A stretch of 62,965 nt of DNA, filler included, from Octopus bimaculoides (Eukaryota), in the NCBI RefSeq assembly GCF_001194135.2. It is 5 parts of 5 records of this genome, joined end to end, with 100 filler letters (N's around TTAATTAATTAA, not from the genome) between each part and the next. Parts side by side here need not be neighbours in the genome. Positions count along the whole stretch, not along the records: positions 5,589 to 27,826 come from NC_068989.1; 4 more parts are not named here. One strand, given 5' to 3'. The position numbers were made by a program, and so were the translations under genes. The notes beneath the pieces are model-generated. The model searched no databases. It was not told the origin of the DNA and saw only the letters and a list, made by a program, of their open reading frames with translations. Numbering within the stretch: position 1 is the stretch's first letter; each line of letters opens with the position of its first letter. Below are positions 11,620-24,040 of this stretch, piece after piece.

Positions 11620-11787
11620 ACATGGTTCGCCTTTTTAATTACAGGGACAACCCATTTTTGACAGCTAAGTGGACTGAAGCAACGTGAAATAATTTTTTTG
11701 GCTGAAGGACACAATTCGCTACCTTGAATTGACCTCATGACGTTGCGATCGTGAATCGAATATATTAACCACTAACCCATGCGCCTT
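11620..11787 (-). mobile_element. SINE family C (degenerate)
   Basis: Reverse complement GGCGCATGGGTTAGTGGTTAA..TTATTTCACGTTGCTTCAGTCCACTTAGCTG matches family C. Confidence 0.7.
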
Positions 11788-11964
11788 TACATATCTATTT
11801 TTCTATCTCTATATATAATTTTCTGATGTATTCATAGATTACATCATGAAATGTAATACACCATCTTCAGGTAAAATTTTAAACAGGTATTAATGGGTGA
11901 GATAATACATTCATGATGGTGAATCAAACTACACTTTTGGATAAGTAGTATCTTCAAAAATTTG

Positions 11965-12260
11965 GCTGTGTAATAAGACGTTTGCTTTCGAACCACATGG
12001 TTCCGGGTTCAGTCCCGCAGCGTAGAACCTTGGGGAAGTGTCTTATGCTATAGGCTCGGGCCGACCAAAGCTTTGTGAGTGGACTTTATAGATGGAAACA
12101 GAAAGAAGCCTGTCGTATATACAGATGTGTGCGTGTGTGAATAGGCTTGTCTGTGTGTGTGAATAGGCTTGTCTGTGTGTGACTTTGCGTTCGTGATTGT
12201 CCCCACCATCGGTTGACAACCGGTGCTGGCGTGTTTATGTTCCCGTAACTTAGCGGTTCG
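11965..12260 (+). mobile_element. SINE family B, 3'-truncated
   Basis: TGGCTGTGTAATAAG..GGGTTCAGTCCC..CCTTGGGGAAGTGTCTT..CTTAGCGGTTCGG, then an abrupt junction to the mariner fragment. Confidence 0.85.
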
Positions 12261-12780
12261 GTGACGAGAAACTAGCATAATGTAAGCTTCTAAAAGTTGC
12301 TTTTTCTGATTTTCATTGAGTTCATGTAGAACCCACTTATCCAACTTTTTCACTTAACCGATTTGAACCAGGTGAGTCAAAAGTGTCTGCTTCCTAATCC
12401 TAACACCAAACAACAACGATAATTCACGGGCACTTTGAGATGGATCCGACTCGACGGTGGCTTTCACTTCGCCATTGTTCACCTTTGTTTCTGGTTGACC
12501 GCGTTGCTCATATGTGATGTCAGTTACCAGAACGAAATTTTGCAAACCAATTTTATACTGTCTGCTATGTAATAACATTACAATGAAATAATCCATTAAT
12601 ATTCCGAGCTGTCTGTGATGCTGTATTTCCAAGAAAGAACTCATATTTCAAAACTGTACGAATTTCCGATTTATCCATCTCTAAACAAAAATAGCAAAAA
12701 ATGATTTATAAATACTTCATAAAGCGCAAAATAAGTTAGAATAAAGAAATAGATGTGTCAGCTTTCTAACAAAAAATATA
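12261..12780 (-). mobile_element. Mariner 5' fragment (HTH region pseudogene)
   Basis: Minus strand from ATG near 12678: MDKSEIRTVLKYEF..ASQTARNIN..WFAKFRSGN..SARELS..KKLDKWVLHELNENQK (WVPHEL motif variant); catalytic domain absent. Confidence 0.85.
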
Positions 12781-13059
12781 ATGGTGGCACAAAATGAGCA
12801 GCTGTCACCGTTTACCATATACTTTACTACAAATTTCATACTTGACAACCTAATAGCTCATAGCCAAAACTGGTTTTCTTTTCTACTTTTCCTTCGTTCT
12901 TTTTATCTATCGACAAAAACCAAGTATGGGTTCCCAAATAAAAAGAGCAAAATACGTACTCCTCCCTTCAATCTGATATCAGTTCTTACTACTCTAGTAT
13001 TTCCTTCATAATCCTTAATAAAAGCATTAATTTTCGCTAAAAGGAAAGTCCTGTCTTAC

Positions 13060-13540
13060 TACGGACTAGACAGATACTATTCTACTTGCTTGACGTACAG
13101 ATAGGCCCAACAATTTTGATATTACAATGGGATCAAGAATCTATTTGTTATAGTGCTTGCGTGAATATTTCCTAACTTGAATGGAGGTCTATATAAAGAC
13201 CGTGCATTGTTTATCACTCCTAGCCATAGTAAGGTATATATTGAGAAAACTAGGAAGAAACTAAGAAAATTGCTTAAAAACTATCATCTAGGCATTATTT
13301 TTGAATATAATCTTAAGGTCGCAAACTTCTTAGATGTAACTCTGGATCTCTAGCATTGTAAACCAGTTAAGACCACGACTTATGTAAGTCGCTTTTCAAA
13401 CCACTTTTTAGTATATGACGTAAAGTAGAACGTCATACTTCTCTGCTAATGAGAATCTCTTTGATGCCTATGCTCATCCTTATAACGAAGCCTTAATAAA
13501 AGCGGTATATAAACAAACCATTATCTATTTCTTCGCCACT
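13060..13540 (+). mobile_element. Penelope-like element RT fragment (decayed)
   Basis: FDITMGS, GLYKD, KTRKKLRKLLKNYHLGIIFEYNLKVANFLDVTLDL, YVSRFSNH and YNEAL match the order of PLE RT motifs. Confidence 0.75.
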
Positions 13541-13592
13541 AGTAAAATGAGAGATCATAGAATAGGGAGTAGTACGAACAAACACACACACT

Positions 13593-13651
<59 letters not shown>

Positions 13652-14245
13652 NNNNNNNNNNNNNNNNNNNNNNNNNNNNNNNNNNNNNNNNNNNNNNNNN
13701 NNNNNNNNNNNNNNNNNNNNNNNNNNNNNNNNNNNNNNNNNNNNNNNNNNNNNNNNNNNNNNNNNNNNNNNNNNNNNNNNNNNNNNNNNNNNNNNNNNNN
13801 NNNNNNNNNNNNNNNNNNNNNNNNNNNNNNNNNNNNNNNNNNNNNNNNNNNNNNNNNNNNNNNNNNNNNNNNNNNNNNNNNNNNNNNNNNNNNNNNNNNN
13901 NNNNNNNNNNNNNNNNNNNNNNNNNNNNNNNNNNNNNNNNNNNNNNNNNNNNNNNNNNNNNNNNNNNNNNNNNNNNNNNNNNNNNNNNNNNNNNNNNNNN
14001 NNNNNNNNNNNNNNNNNNNNNNNNNNNNNNNNNNNNNNNNNNNNNNNNNNNNNNNNNNNNNNNNNNNNNNNNNNNNNNNNNNNNNNNNNNNNNNNNNNNN
14101 NNNNNNNNNNNNNNNNNNNNNNNNNNNNNNNNNNNNNNNNNNNNNNATATATATATATATATATATACCCACTTACAAGAAGATATATGTATACATGTGT
14201 TCATAAATTCGGATGTGTCTGTGTGTACATTTGATAGAAAGAATG

Positions 14246-14254
<9 letters not shown>

Positions 14255-14299
<45 letters not shown>

Positions 14300-14440
14300 A
14301 TAAATAGATGGATAGATAGATAGAGAGCGCATGTGAAAGAGAGGAAAAGAGAGAGAAAGTGAGAGAGAGAGAGAGATTGATAAATAGATGGATAGATAGA
14401 TAGAGAGCGCATGTGAAAGAGAGGAAGAGAGAGAGAAAGT

Positions 14441-14512
<72 letters not shown>
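14255..14512. repeat. (GA)n microsatellite containing an about 80-bp tandem duplication
   Basis: GATTGATAAATAGATGGATAGATAGATAGAGAGCGCATGTGAAAGAGAGGA occurs twice, about 80 bp apart. Confidence 0.9.
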
Positions 14513-14516
<4 letters not shown>

Positions 14517-14904
14517 CACATAGATCCATATTTAATCGGACAACCATAGCTGCAAGAAAGAAATAGTTATGTTTGATTTTAACCAGCTGTTCAACGTTTA
14601 GATATCAGTTCAGTTAATGTTGATGTTACAAGTGGAATTATGAGATTTAGAGTAGGAACCTGAGGAGATAGACAAATACAACAGATTTCTGCATGTCCGA
14701 CATGTGAGTTGCTCATTGGCACATTACTGTTTAAGGCAATTTACATATCGAATTAACCACAGTTGCATGAATTTAATGTGCTTTGGAGAATTCATTTAGA
14801 TGTAGTTGTGAGTAAGCTGTTTTCCCTGCAGGAATTTGAACGTGCATCATCTATAATTTCTAGTTTAAAATTTGGTCTAGTATTAATGATACTTATCATA
14901 TAAG

Positions 14905-15545
<641 letters not shown>

Positions 15546-15889
15546 ATTAAAGATATGGTGTAATATATATTTATGTTGCGAGAGGAAACAAAATAGAAAT
15601 ACAATTTTAATATCTTCTTTGCTGCAGTGTGATTCCGACGTCGGAAATTGCTTCAAAGTTGTTACAAATCACACAATAAAGTTGAAACACATAACACAGA
15701 TAGCATGAGTAAAAGATGGAGGCAAAAATATAGAGGCAAAGAGAAACATAATGTAGTGTTATACGAATGTAACCTAACATAAGATATTTTCTGAATTTTC
15801 GTTTATTTGCTCTAGATATAGCGTTATGCTAAAAATCCTGCCTAAACGTTATTCATCAGTCATTCATAAACATCAACAGCTGTAATGCA

Positions 15890-17082
15890 CAGGGTGCGTA
15901 AGGTATTTGAAGACATACTTTTTGGGTAATTGCTTCATTTTTTACTAACTCTATAATCTTTGTTTCAGAAACCAATAATGGCAGACCATCAGCTTACTCG
16001 AGAAATGGAGAGGCATGCAGTTATTGTGGTTATAAGGGCTGAGCATAGTGATTTAGAAATATCTCGATTTTTAAAACTTGCCAGATCTTTCGTTTTCGTC
16101 TACAAAGTTTGTTAGGAGCTAGAGACTGAAGAGGGAAACGTATCACCAGTGTTAACGCATTAAAAACATTCTAAACGCTCTGAAATCATCAAAACACGTG
16201 AATTTATCCAGCAGGTTCAATGGACCATTGATTACAATCCCAGAACGTCTATGAGGTCAATTGGAAAACATCTACATGTGTCAGAAGAAACAGTCAGAAA
16301 TGTTGTCCACGAAGGCATCAGATAAAAGTCTTATATGATGAAGAAAGGTCAATTTATCCGAAAAAAGCAAAAGTAAATCACTAAATCAGGTCTAAAAGGC
16401 TCTTAAACAAACTGAAAAATTTGATTTGGTTCATCTCAAACGAGAAAAACTTCGACCAAGATCAAAAAGTTAACAGAAGGAATGACAGATGGTTGTGTGC
16501 AGGCTTTTCTGAAGTTCCAGTGTTATGTATACAAAATCTCCTGTCATGGTTTTAGTGATTATCATCTATGAAGGACATGTGATGCCTCCTTACTTCTTTC
16601 CTCAAGGCCTTAAAAATGTTAACTCTACCACCTACATTGAGGTCCTGGAAATAATTGTTAAGACCTGGATAGATAGTGTATGCAATGGAAGGCTATATGT
16701 GTTTCAGTAACACAGGAATGGATATCTAAAATTTTTCCTGATCACATAACCCCTAACATTTGGCCTCCTAATTAGACTATTACATGATGAGCGTTGTTGA
16801 GAGAGAGGTCAATGAACACGCCCATAACACCAAAGATTCTTTGAAAGCTGTCATAATCAGAGAAATGTCCAAAATGTACCACGTTCATTTGATTCGAGCA
16901 TGTAGACTAAGATCTCGTATAGAAGCGGTTGAAGCTGAAGGTGACATTATTGAATACCATTATAGAAAAGAAGGTTTATTTTTATCCTCATAGCATTTTT
17001 TGATAAAGTTATTATCTGTTATTATATATCTGTTTTTCTTTATATAAACATAAATCTGTCCTGAAATACCATACGCACCCTG
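15890..17082 (+). mobile_element. Full-length maT/DD37D-like Tc1-mariner transposon, pseudogenised transposase
   Basis: TIRs CAGGGTGCGTAAGGTATTT / AAATACCATACGCACCCTG, right flank TA. ORF from 15978 with FISNEKNFDQDQKVNRRNDRWL, GHVMPPYFFPQGLK, GRLYVFQ, WPP..LDYY, RACRLRSRIEAV; stops and frameshifts. Confidence 0.9.
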
Positions 17083-18136
17083 TATATTCTGCAGATTTGG
17101 GGAAATCAATACAAATAATTTCCTGAGAGTTGAACACAAAATACTGTGTTCCAATCATAGTCTTAAGATTTAGTGTTACTAAAGCAAATTGTCGAGAGAC
17201 GCACGAAGCAATTTTGATTGAAATATAAGTGTATACATTTATATTTAACATGTTCGTGTTCACTCAAAGGTGAAAAGCCCGTCGCTGCAAAAATCCTCTC
17301 TTAACAAATATTCACCTTATAGTCAAGTGAGTGAAAAACATGCATCTGGGCTATGAATGTTGTCATGGGTCCACTGGGCACGTTTCTGCGTCGTTATGCT
17401 TCATTAACAGCGGGTGACGAATCTGTTCTTTATAATCAACTAAAAATTGCCAGTTAAACTGAAAGAGGAAATAGCAAGAATTAATTAATTATAAGCACTC
17501 TAATCAACAGTAATTGAAATATATTTAACACGTTCGTGTACACTCATTCGTACACAGGCTTTCGCTCTGGGAATTGTCTCGTAAAAAATCTTCTCTTCAT
17601 AGGCAATGTGGCAATATGTGGGAAAATCACACCTCTAGGCTGTAAATAACACTGTCGAACCTTAGGAGTCGTTTTTCTGCGTGGTTACACGTCATCAGCT
17701 ACGGATAATGAATCCGTTGCTTATAGGACAATAAACACTTCCGATCTTATATTGGAACATGAAATATAAATTTGCTGATATGCGCAAAGCGTTTCAAGCT
17801 GGAAATAATTAACTTTCGGCATACTAAGCTGCGTAACGTGCGACAGAAATGTGTACAAATGTATTTAACACGTTTCATGTAATCACAAAAGTAATAAGAC
17901 CTTCGCAGCGAAAATTATCATGGAAAAAATATTCTCCTAAAAAATATGTGAAAAATATACTATTGGGCTATAAATGTCATCATCATCGAACCAGAGATTG
18001 CTAATGATTTTCTCAATCATGTAACGCTAAACATTCTTCAACACCTTATTGGACTTTTCAGTTTTAACAAATACGTAAAATGCAAACAAAATTTTCAGTG
18101 TGTTTGGTTTATTAACCATTTAGAAATGATTATAAG

Positions 18137-18330
18137 ATGTTTTATCTTATTACTTGTGCAAGTCGTTGGACTGTGGCAATGCTAGGATTAATCGAAGAAA
18201 TTGACTCTATATTTATTTTTACGCCTGGTGCTTATTCTATCGTAACTTTTGCCGATTCGGTAAGTTACAGGGACTTGAGTAAACTTACACCGGTTTTCAA
18301 GCAGTGGGGGGAAAACAAAAACGCACGCAA
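18137..18330 (-). mobile_element. SINE family B, 3' half (degenerate)
   Basis: Reverse-complement match to the family B tail (CTTATTCTATCG..TTTTGCCGA..TAAGTTACAGGGAC). Confidence 0.6.
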
Positions 18331-18829
18331 GCATAATCCAAAGAAGATAAAAGACAGTTCTAGCACATTTTAAATGACCAGTTACAACTATTTCGGTAAC
18401 ATTCTGTTTTTAAAGCAATTTCACACAAAAGTTCTGTAAAGAAAATTTACGCAACATGAGCAGATATATGCATTAAAATGGCATTTGCATTAAAAGGGGC
18501 GCCCTTACATTGTGCGACTTCTACATGCATACTGCTGTGGTGAAATCCTGACACCCTTGTCAGATAGCAAGTGAACTGTTTTGAAGCTTATAAAGGTGCA
18601 TGCGTACTGACAGTGCGAGGTATAGTGTGGTGTGCGCAGTCGCAATTGTGAAGGCAGTCGTAGAAGTCGTTAAGAAGAGATATAAGTTTGTTACGTGTTT
18701 GTTACTGATTTAGTTTTTGCAGTGTTATAACACTGTTACAGTGTAGTCTATAGCTGAACCCAAGGATATAAGACATCCATCCATCCATCCATCCATCCAT
18801 CCATCCATCCATACATACATACATACATA

Positions 18830-18985
18830 CATACATGTGTGTGTGTGTGCGTGTGTAGCAAACCCAGGGATATTTTAGAAGACACTTGCCGAAGATGCCA
18901 TGCACACTTGGCTGAACCTAATATTTGCATGATTGCAAAGATAACTTCTTAACCACAGAGTCACCGCTGCGCCTATGAAGTTTTA
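18830..18985 (-). mobile_element. SINE family B, 5' fragment
   Basis: TAGAAGACACTTGCCGAAGATGCCATGCA..TTCTTAACCACAGAGTCACCGCTGCGCC is the reverse complement of the head and CORE-like segment. Confidence 0.6.
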
Positions 18986-19204
18986 AATAGTTGCATTTCT
19001 TATCATTAGCTTAATAATTGAAAGATCTGGTATTCATTCGTGTTTACAGAATACGGATCAGTTGTTTGGTGAACTGAATTACCTGCTCTTTATGTATTCT
19101 AATTGACTGAGCATTCAGCGGACATGCTTATTATAAATGTTATTCTCATGCAGTATCAGCGTGACAAGATGGATAGCAACTTTGTGCCTATCAATAACAA
19201 GCAG

Positions 19205-19350
19205 CGATGGGCTTCCGTGCAGTTTCCATCTACACAATTTCAGAAGTTGGTGTTAACCTGAAGCTTTGATATGATACCAACATGACAATAAGCGAATTCG
19301 AACTTGTATACTCGTCATAGTGAAGCGCACTAACCATTTGGCCATGTTGC
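19205..19350 (-). mobile_element. SINE family B-like 5' fragment
   Basis: GGGCTTCCGTGCAGTTTCCATCTAC..GAATTCGAAC..CTAACCATTTGGCCATG; degenerate. Confidence 0.5.
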
Positions 19351-19744
19351 ATTCTCTAATTCACGAGGGTTACGTATTGTAACCTATTTCATGCAGATAA
19401 TATTTTCTGCATTGATTTCACCAACTTTTAGAAAATTCAACCAAATTTGTTTTCTTCAAACGGTAATACACCTCAGTGTCGCTGTACAGGAACAGCACAA
19501 ACGTCAGTTGTTAAAATGTCTCAGATAGTGTGGTCCACGTTTCTATGTAACAAATGTAGGTATTTTAAAGTAAATATGAGAAGGCTAATCCCCCAGTAGT
19601 TAGTGTGTTGAATTCACGAACAAGCAGGATATTGAGAGAGTGTCTTCTTGAGCAAAGTACATCAATGTACGTTGCTCCACTCTGTCTGCTGGAAATCAGT
19701 ATCACCAACTACTGGTGCATCGCTCTCTGTCTGTTTGTCTACCT

Positions 19745-19965
19745 GTGTCTCTCACTCTCTCTCTCTCTATCCCTCCTCTCTCTATCTCTCTCTCTCTATC
19801 GCTCTCTCTCTCTATCCCCCTCTCTCTCTCTCCCTCTCTCTCTATCCCCCTCTCTCTCTATCTCTCTCTCTCTCTATCCCTCTCTCTCTCTATCCCTCTC
19901 TCTATCTAGCCCTCTCTCTCTTCTTCCCTCTCTCTCCCACTTTCTCTCTCTTCCTCTTTTTCCCT
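19745..19965. repeat. Imperfect (CT)n tract
   Basis: Directly visible polypyrimidine CT/CTAT repeat. Confidence 0.95.
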
Positions 19966-21275
19966 AGCTGGCTAGGGTTTCGAGACCTGTGAATGTATCT
20001 ATGTTTACTCAAAACCAGAAGAGTATCGAAACCGTTCAGGGGAGACATTGTATATGCTTATCAGGTTGAACCCGCTTCTGAACGTTGGCTAAGCTAAACT
20101 AGTTTGAGAGGAAGTAATTAAATATAGCTTCATTGAAGAGTGCCATTTTCAACATTTTCGTTCTGGAAGGCTGTTAAATTATTTTCATTTTCTATGTTTT
20201 ACGTCTTTTAATATATTTCTCATGCATGTCTCTTAACTCAGAAAATAGAACCACGCACATTGCATTCGTCCACTAAGGGAATGAATTTCTTAACTTAAAA
20301 GCTAAACACGTATTTAGTTGATTCCGGAACTGATTATCATCCCCTGCTCATGTATTGAATAAGAATTGTCAAAATTTTCAAAAAAAAAAATATTAATCTT
20401 ATTGAATTTGATTTTCAGTTATCTCTGTATATGCATACATACATGTGTGTGTGTGTGTGTGTGTATGTGTGTGTGTGCATGAGTGTGTGTGCATGTATAT
20501 AAATGCATATAAATGTATATGTATGTATGAATATATATACATATATATGTATACACACACACACAAATATATATATACATACATATATACACAAATATAT
20601 ATATANNNNNNNNNNNNNNNNNNNNNNNNNNNNNNNNNNNNNNNNNNNNNNNNNNNNNNNNNNNNNNNNNNNNNNNNNNNNNNNNNNNNNNNNNNNNNNN
20701 NNNNNNNNNNNNNNNNNNNNNNNNNNNNNNNNNNNNNNNNNNNNNNNNNNNNNNNNNNNNNNNNNNNNNNNNNNNNNNNNNNNNNNNNNNNNNNNNNNNN
20801 NNNNNNNNNNNNNNNNNNNNNNNNNNNNNNNNNNNNNNNNNNNNNNNNNNNNNNNNNNNNNNNNNNNNNNNNNNNNNNNNNNNNNNNNNNNNNNNNNNNN
20901 NNNNNNNNNNNNNNNNNNNNNNNNNNNNNNNNNNNNNNNNNNNNNNNNNNNNNNNNNNNNNNNNNNNNNNNNNNNNNNNNNNNNNNNNNNNNNNNNNNNN
21001 NNNNNNNNNNNNNNNNNNNNNNNNNNNNNNNNNNNNNNNNNNNNNNNNNNNNNNNNNNNNNNNNNNNNNNNNNNNNNNNNNNNNNNNNNNNNNNNNNNNN
21101 NNNNNNNNNNNNNNNNNNNNNNNNNNNNNNNNNNNNNNNNNNNNNNNNNNNNNNNNNNNNNNNNNNNNNNNNNNNNNNNNNNNNNNNNNNNNNNNNNNNN
21201 NNNNNNNNNNNNNNNNNNNNNNNNNNNNNNNNNNNNNNNNNNNNNNNNNNNNNNNNNNNNNNNNNNNNNNNNNNN

Positions 21276-21322
<47 letters not shown>

Positions 21323-22074
21323 CACTCGGCATTACTTGTTTTCTCTCATCTCATCTATGTGCTAAAACTTGAAGCATGCTCACAATGAATAATATCTAAT
21401 TGATTGCATTTCAGCATGTTATTCATAACATCTTTCAAAAATACATTTGAAAGAAATTTCAAAGAACTAAAGCCTTTCTCTGGATTTGTCATTTCCATCT
21501 TCATTCTTCAAAGGATTTTATTGAACCCTTTCTCAAAAAAATTGTAATATAAAATTTATTCTATAAGTGAATATATATATATACCCATCACATTACAAGT
21601 AGAGATAATTTCAGAATCAACTGGTATTGTGACATTCAAATGTAGTTGCGCTTTACATGGGATATCTATACTATATATAAAACAGAGGTGTGTGTGTAAT
21701 AGGATATAAACTTGTAACACGTGAAATAAAATCCGTATGTATTACAATGTTGACTAAGTGCATGTAATTCTTTCGTGTGGTTTCCCCGAAGTAATTTTTG
21801 TTCAGCATCTACATAGTATAACACAGATTGAGTCTATATAAAGACGTTGATGTACCCTAGGAAGCCTAACGATTATAAAAACAACTGTTGTGATACAATA
21901 AATATGAATCTAAGAGAAACTAAATATGATGGAGTATTTTGTTATTTTAGTGTCCTTATAGTAAGGAAGGACCTTATAGTATGGACCATATAGAGAGGAA
22001 GACGTGTTTGTGTGAAATGAACAATTTTATAATTATATATCTGTATATGTGTATGTGCGTGGGTATGTATGCAT

Positions 22075-22120
<46 letters not shown>

Positions 22121-22397
22121 GCACATACACGCACGCACACACTTACTAACATACATGTAAAAAAAAAAACATCTTTAAAATAACAGAATACCACAATTCC
22201 TTTCACAGGAAGTTTTCGTGTTGTGTAAAATATTTTCAAACAACTCGTGACTGTGGATTTTCATGGATGAGTTCATGAACTTTGGTTCTTTTCTCTAAAT
22301 TATATATATGTNNNNNNNNNNNNNNNNNNNNNNNNNNNNNNNNNNNNNNNNNNNNNNNNNNNNNNNNNNNNNNNNNNNNNNNNNNNNNNNNNNNNNA

Positions 22398-22820
22398 TAT
22401 ATGCAGCGATTTATATCAGGAAAATCCTGGACGGCCTTGTACCAAACATTGGCATCGAAAATTACTCAAACAGCAGAACGGGGCGCCACTATATAATGCC
22501 GGAGATCCAGGCATCGCCATCAAAATACAGGACCAGATACTGTAACAGCTTGTGTTTCAAGGGTCCACAGCGCTTCAATAGCCTTCCAAAATGCCTGAGA
22601 GACCCGCATTGTGTGGATGTAAGCTTCTTTAACAAAAAAAAACAAAAAAACAAAAAATTTGGATCTCTTTCTGTCAAAGTTACAGACGAGCTTAAATCGC
22701 GGCAGGATGAACAACTGAGCGCAGCGGCGTCGAACTCTCTCATTGACCAAATACCACATATCAGAGGTTTTAAACAATAGTGTAGCACAGTCAACGGTGC
22801 TGCCCCAGCTTGACCGCAGC
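22398..22820 (+). mobile_element. CR1-clade LINE 3' end
   Basis: Translation RYCNSLCFKGPQRFNSLPKCLRD..VDVSFF..DE.KSRQDEQLSAAASNSLIDQI*, typical of CR1-like RT C-termini, followed by a short 3' UTR. Confidence 0.8.
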
Positions 22821-22829
22821 TTTGTGTGT

Positions 22830-23035
22830 ATGTGTATATGTTTGTGTGTCTATCAACCGATGGTGGTGTGTTTACGTCCCCATAACTTAGCGGTTCGGCA
22901 AAAAGAAGCCGATAGAATGAGTACTAAGCTTACAAAGAAGAAGTTCTGGGGTCGATTTGCTCGACTAAAGGCGGTGCTCCAGCATGGCCGCAGTCAAATG
23001 ATTGAAACAAGTAAAAGAGTAAAAAGTAAAAGTGA
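22830..23035 (+). mobile_element. SINE family B, 3' half
   Basis: CAACCGATGGTGGTGTG..CTTAGCGGTTCGGCAAAA..GGCGGTGCTCCAGCATGGCCGCAGTCAAATGATTGAAACAAGTAAAAGAG. Confidence 0.88.
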
Positions 23036-23037
23036 TA

Positions 23038-23900
23038 CGTATGTATGTATGTATGTATGTATGTATGTCATTTTTCAATTTCATTTCAAGAATTCTTGCC
23101 TATAAAGGGCCAGTTTCTAACCTGGATCTAAAGCTCCTTCATTGGAATTTAATTATGAACAATAGGGTATTTTTTTTTGTATTTATGCATGTGTGTATGT
23201 ACATGTGCAGATTTGTATGTTTTATTTTATATATGCCTTCCCATGCATATAGTTGCATATCTAGACATGATTATATATATTTAAATGATAAACTTCTTGA
23301 AAGTTTTACAAATTTTTACAGTTCCAGGGATGTATTGGATCTGTAGTCTTCGAATTAATTTTCTCCTTTCTGGATTTGACAAGCCTAATTTTTCAAGATT
23401 GGTATCTAGGCAGTGTGTTACATATCCCAGGGCACCAATACTTACAGGTATAGACATGAATTTGTAGTTTGCATAGAGTAACTGCATATTTCTCAATAGT
23501 TCAGGGTAGGTGTTCTCTTTTTCACTGATCTTCAGTTTTATATTAATATCCACTGGGCAGCTAATTTTCACAACTATGTACAGTTTCTTTTCTCTATCTC
23601 AAATCGTTATATCAGGTTTGTTGTCCTTTCATTTTATTGAGGTCTTCATTGGCACATTCCACGAGTACTTCTTTTTATTTTGCGTGGCTTTGGCTTATAC
23701 CATACTGTGGGTTCTTATTTCTTTGTCCTCGGGGTTATTCTTCTGACGGATTTCATTATTGAGTGTTCTAGCAACAACAATATATCTCATCGGTAGAAAT
23801 AACCGTGATGACATTTTCGAACAACTGCTTATGATGCAGCGTCGTACTAATATATACTTTTGTTATTTACACCACCTGTCCTCGTCTGTTGTTATTATTT
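23038..23900 (-). mobile_element. RLE LINE (R4-like), (CATA)n-tailed lineage, 5'-truncated
   Basis: Minus strand HIISSCSKMSSR..LPMR, KPDITI.DREKK, ISCPVDINIKLKISEKENTY, IGALG, GTVKICKTFKKFII*; 3' UTR ends in (CATA)n at 23038-23066. Confidence 0.88.
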
Positions 23901-23977
23901 GTATATTCTCCCATATATATATGTATATATGTATGTACTCATTCGTCCAACTTCTACTTCTATAAAACATTCAAATA

Positions 23978-24040
<63 letters not shown>

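Noticed and set aside
17660-17705. Minus-strand CTGATGA-CGTG/CACG-CA-GAAA as a hammerhead
   Set aside because: Extra nucleotides before GAAA; no stem I or valid stem III.
17241-17995. CRISPR-like array
   Set aside because: Eukaryotic context, units of about 300 bp with homologous interiors, no unique spacers or cas genes.
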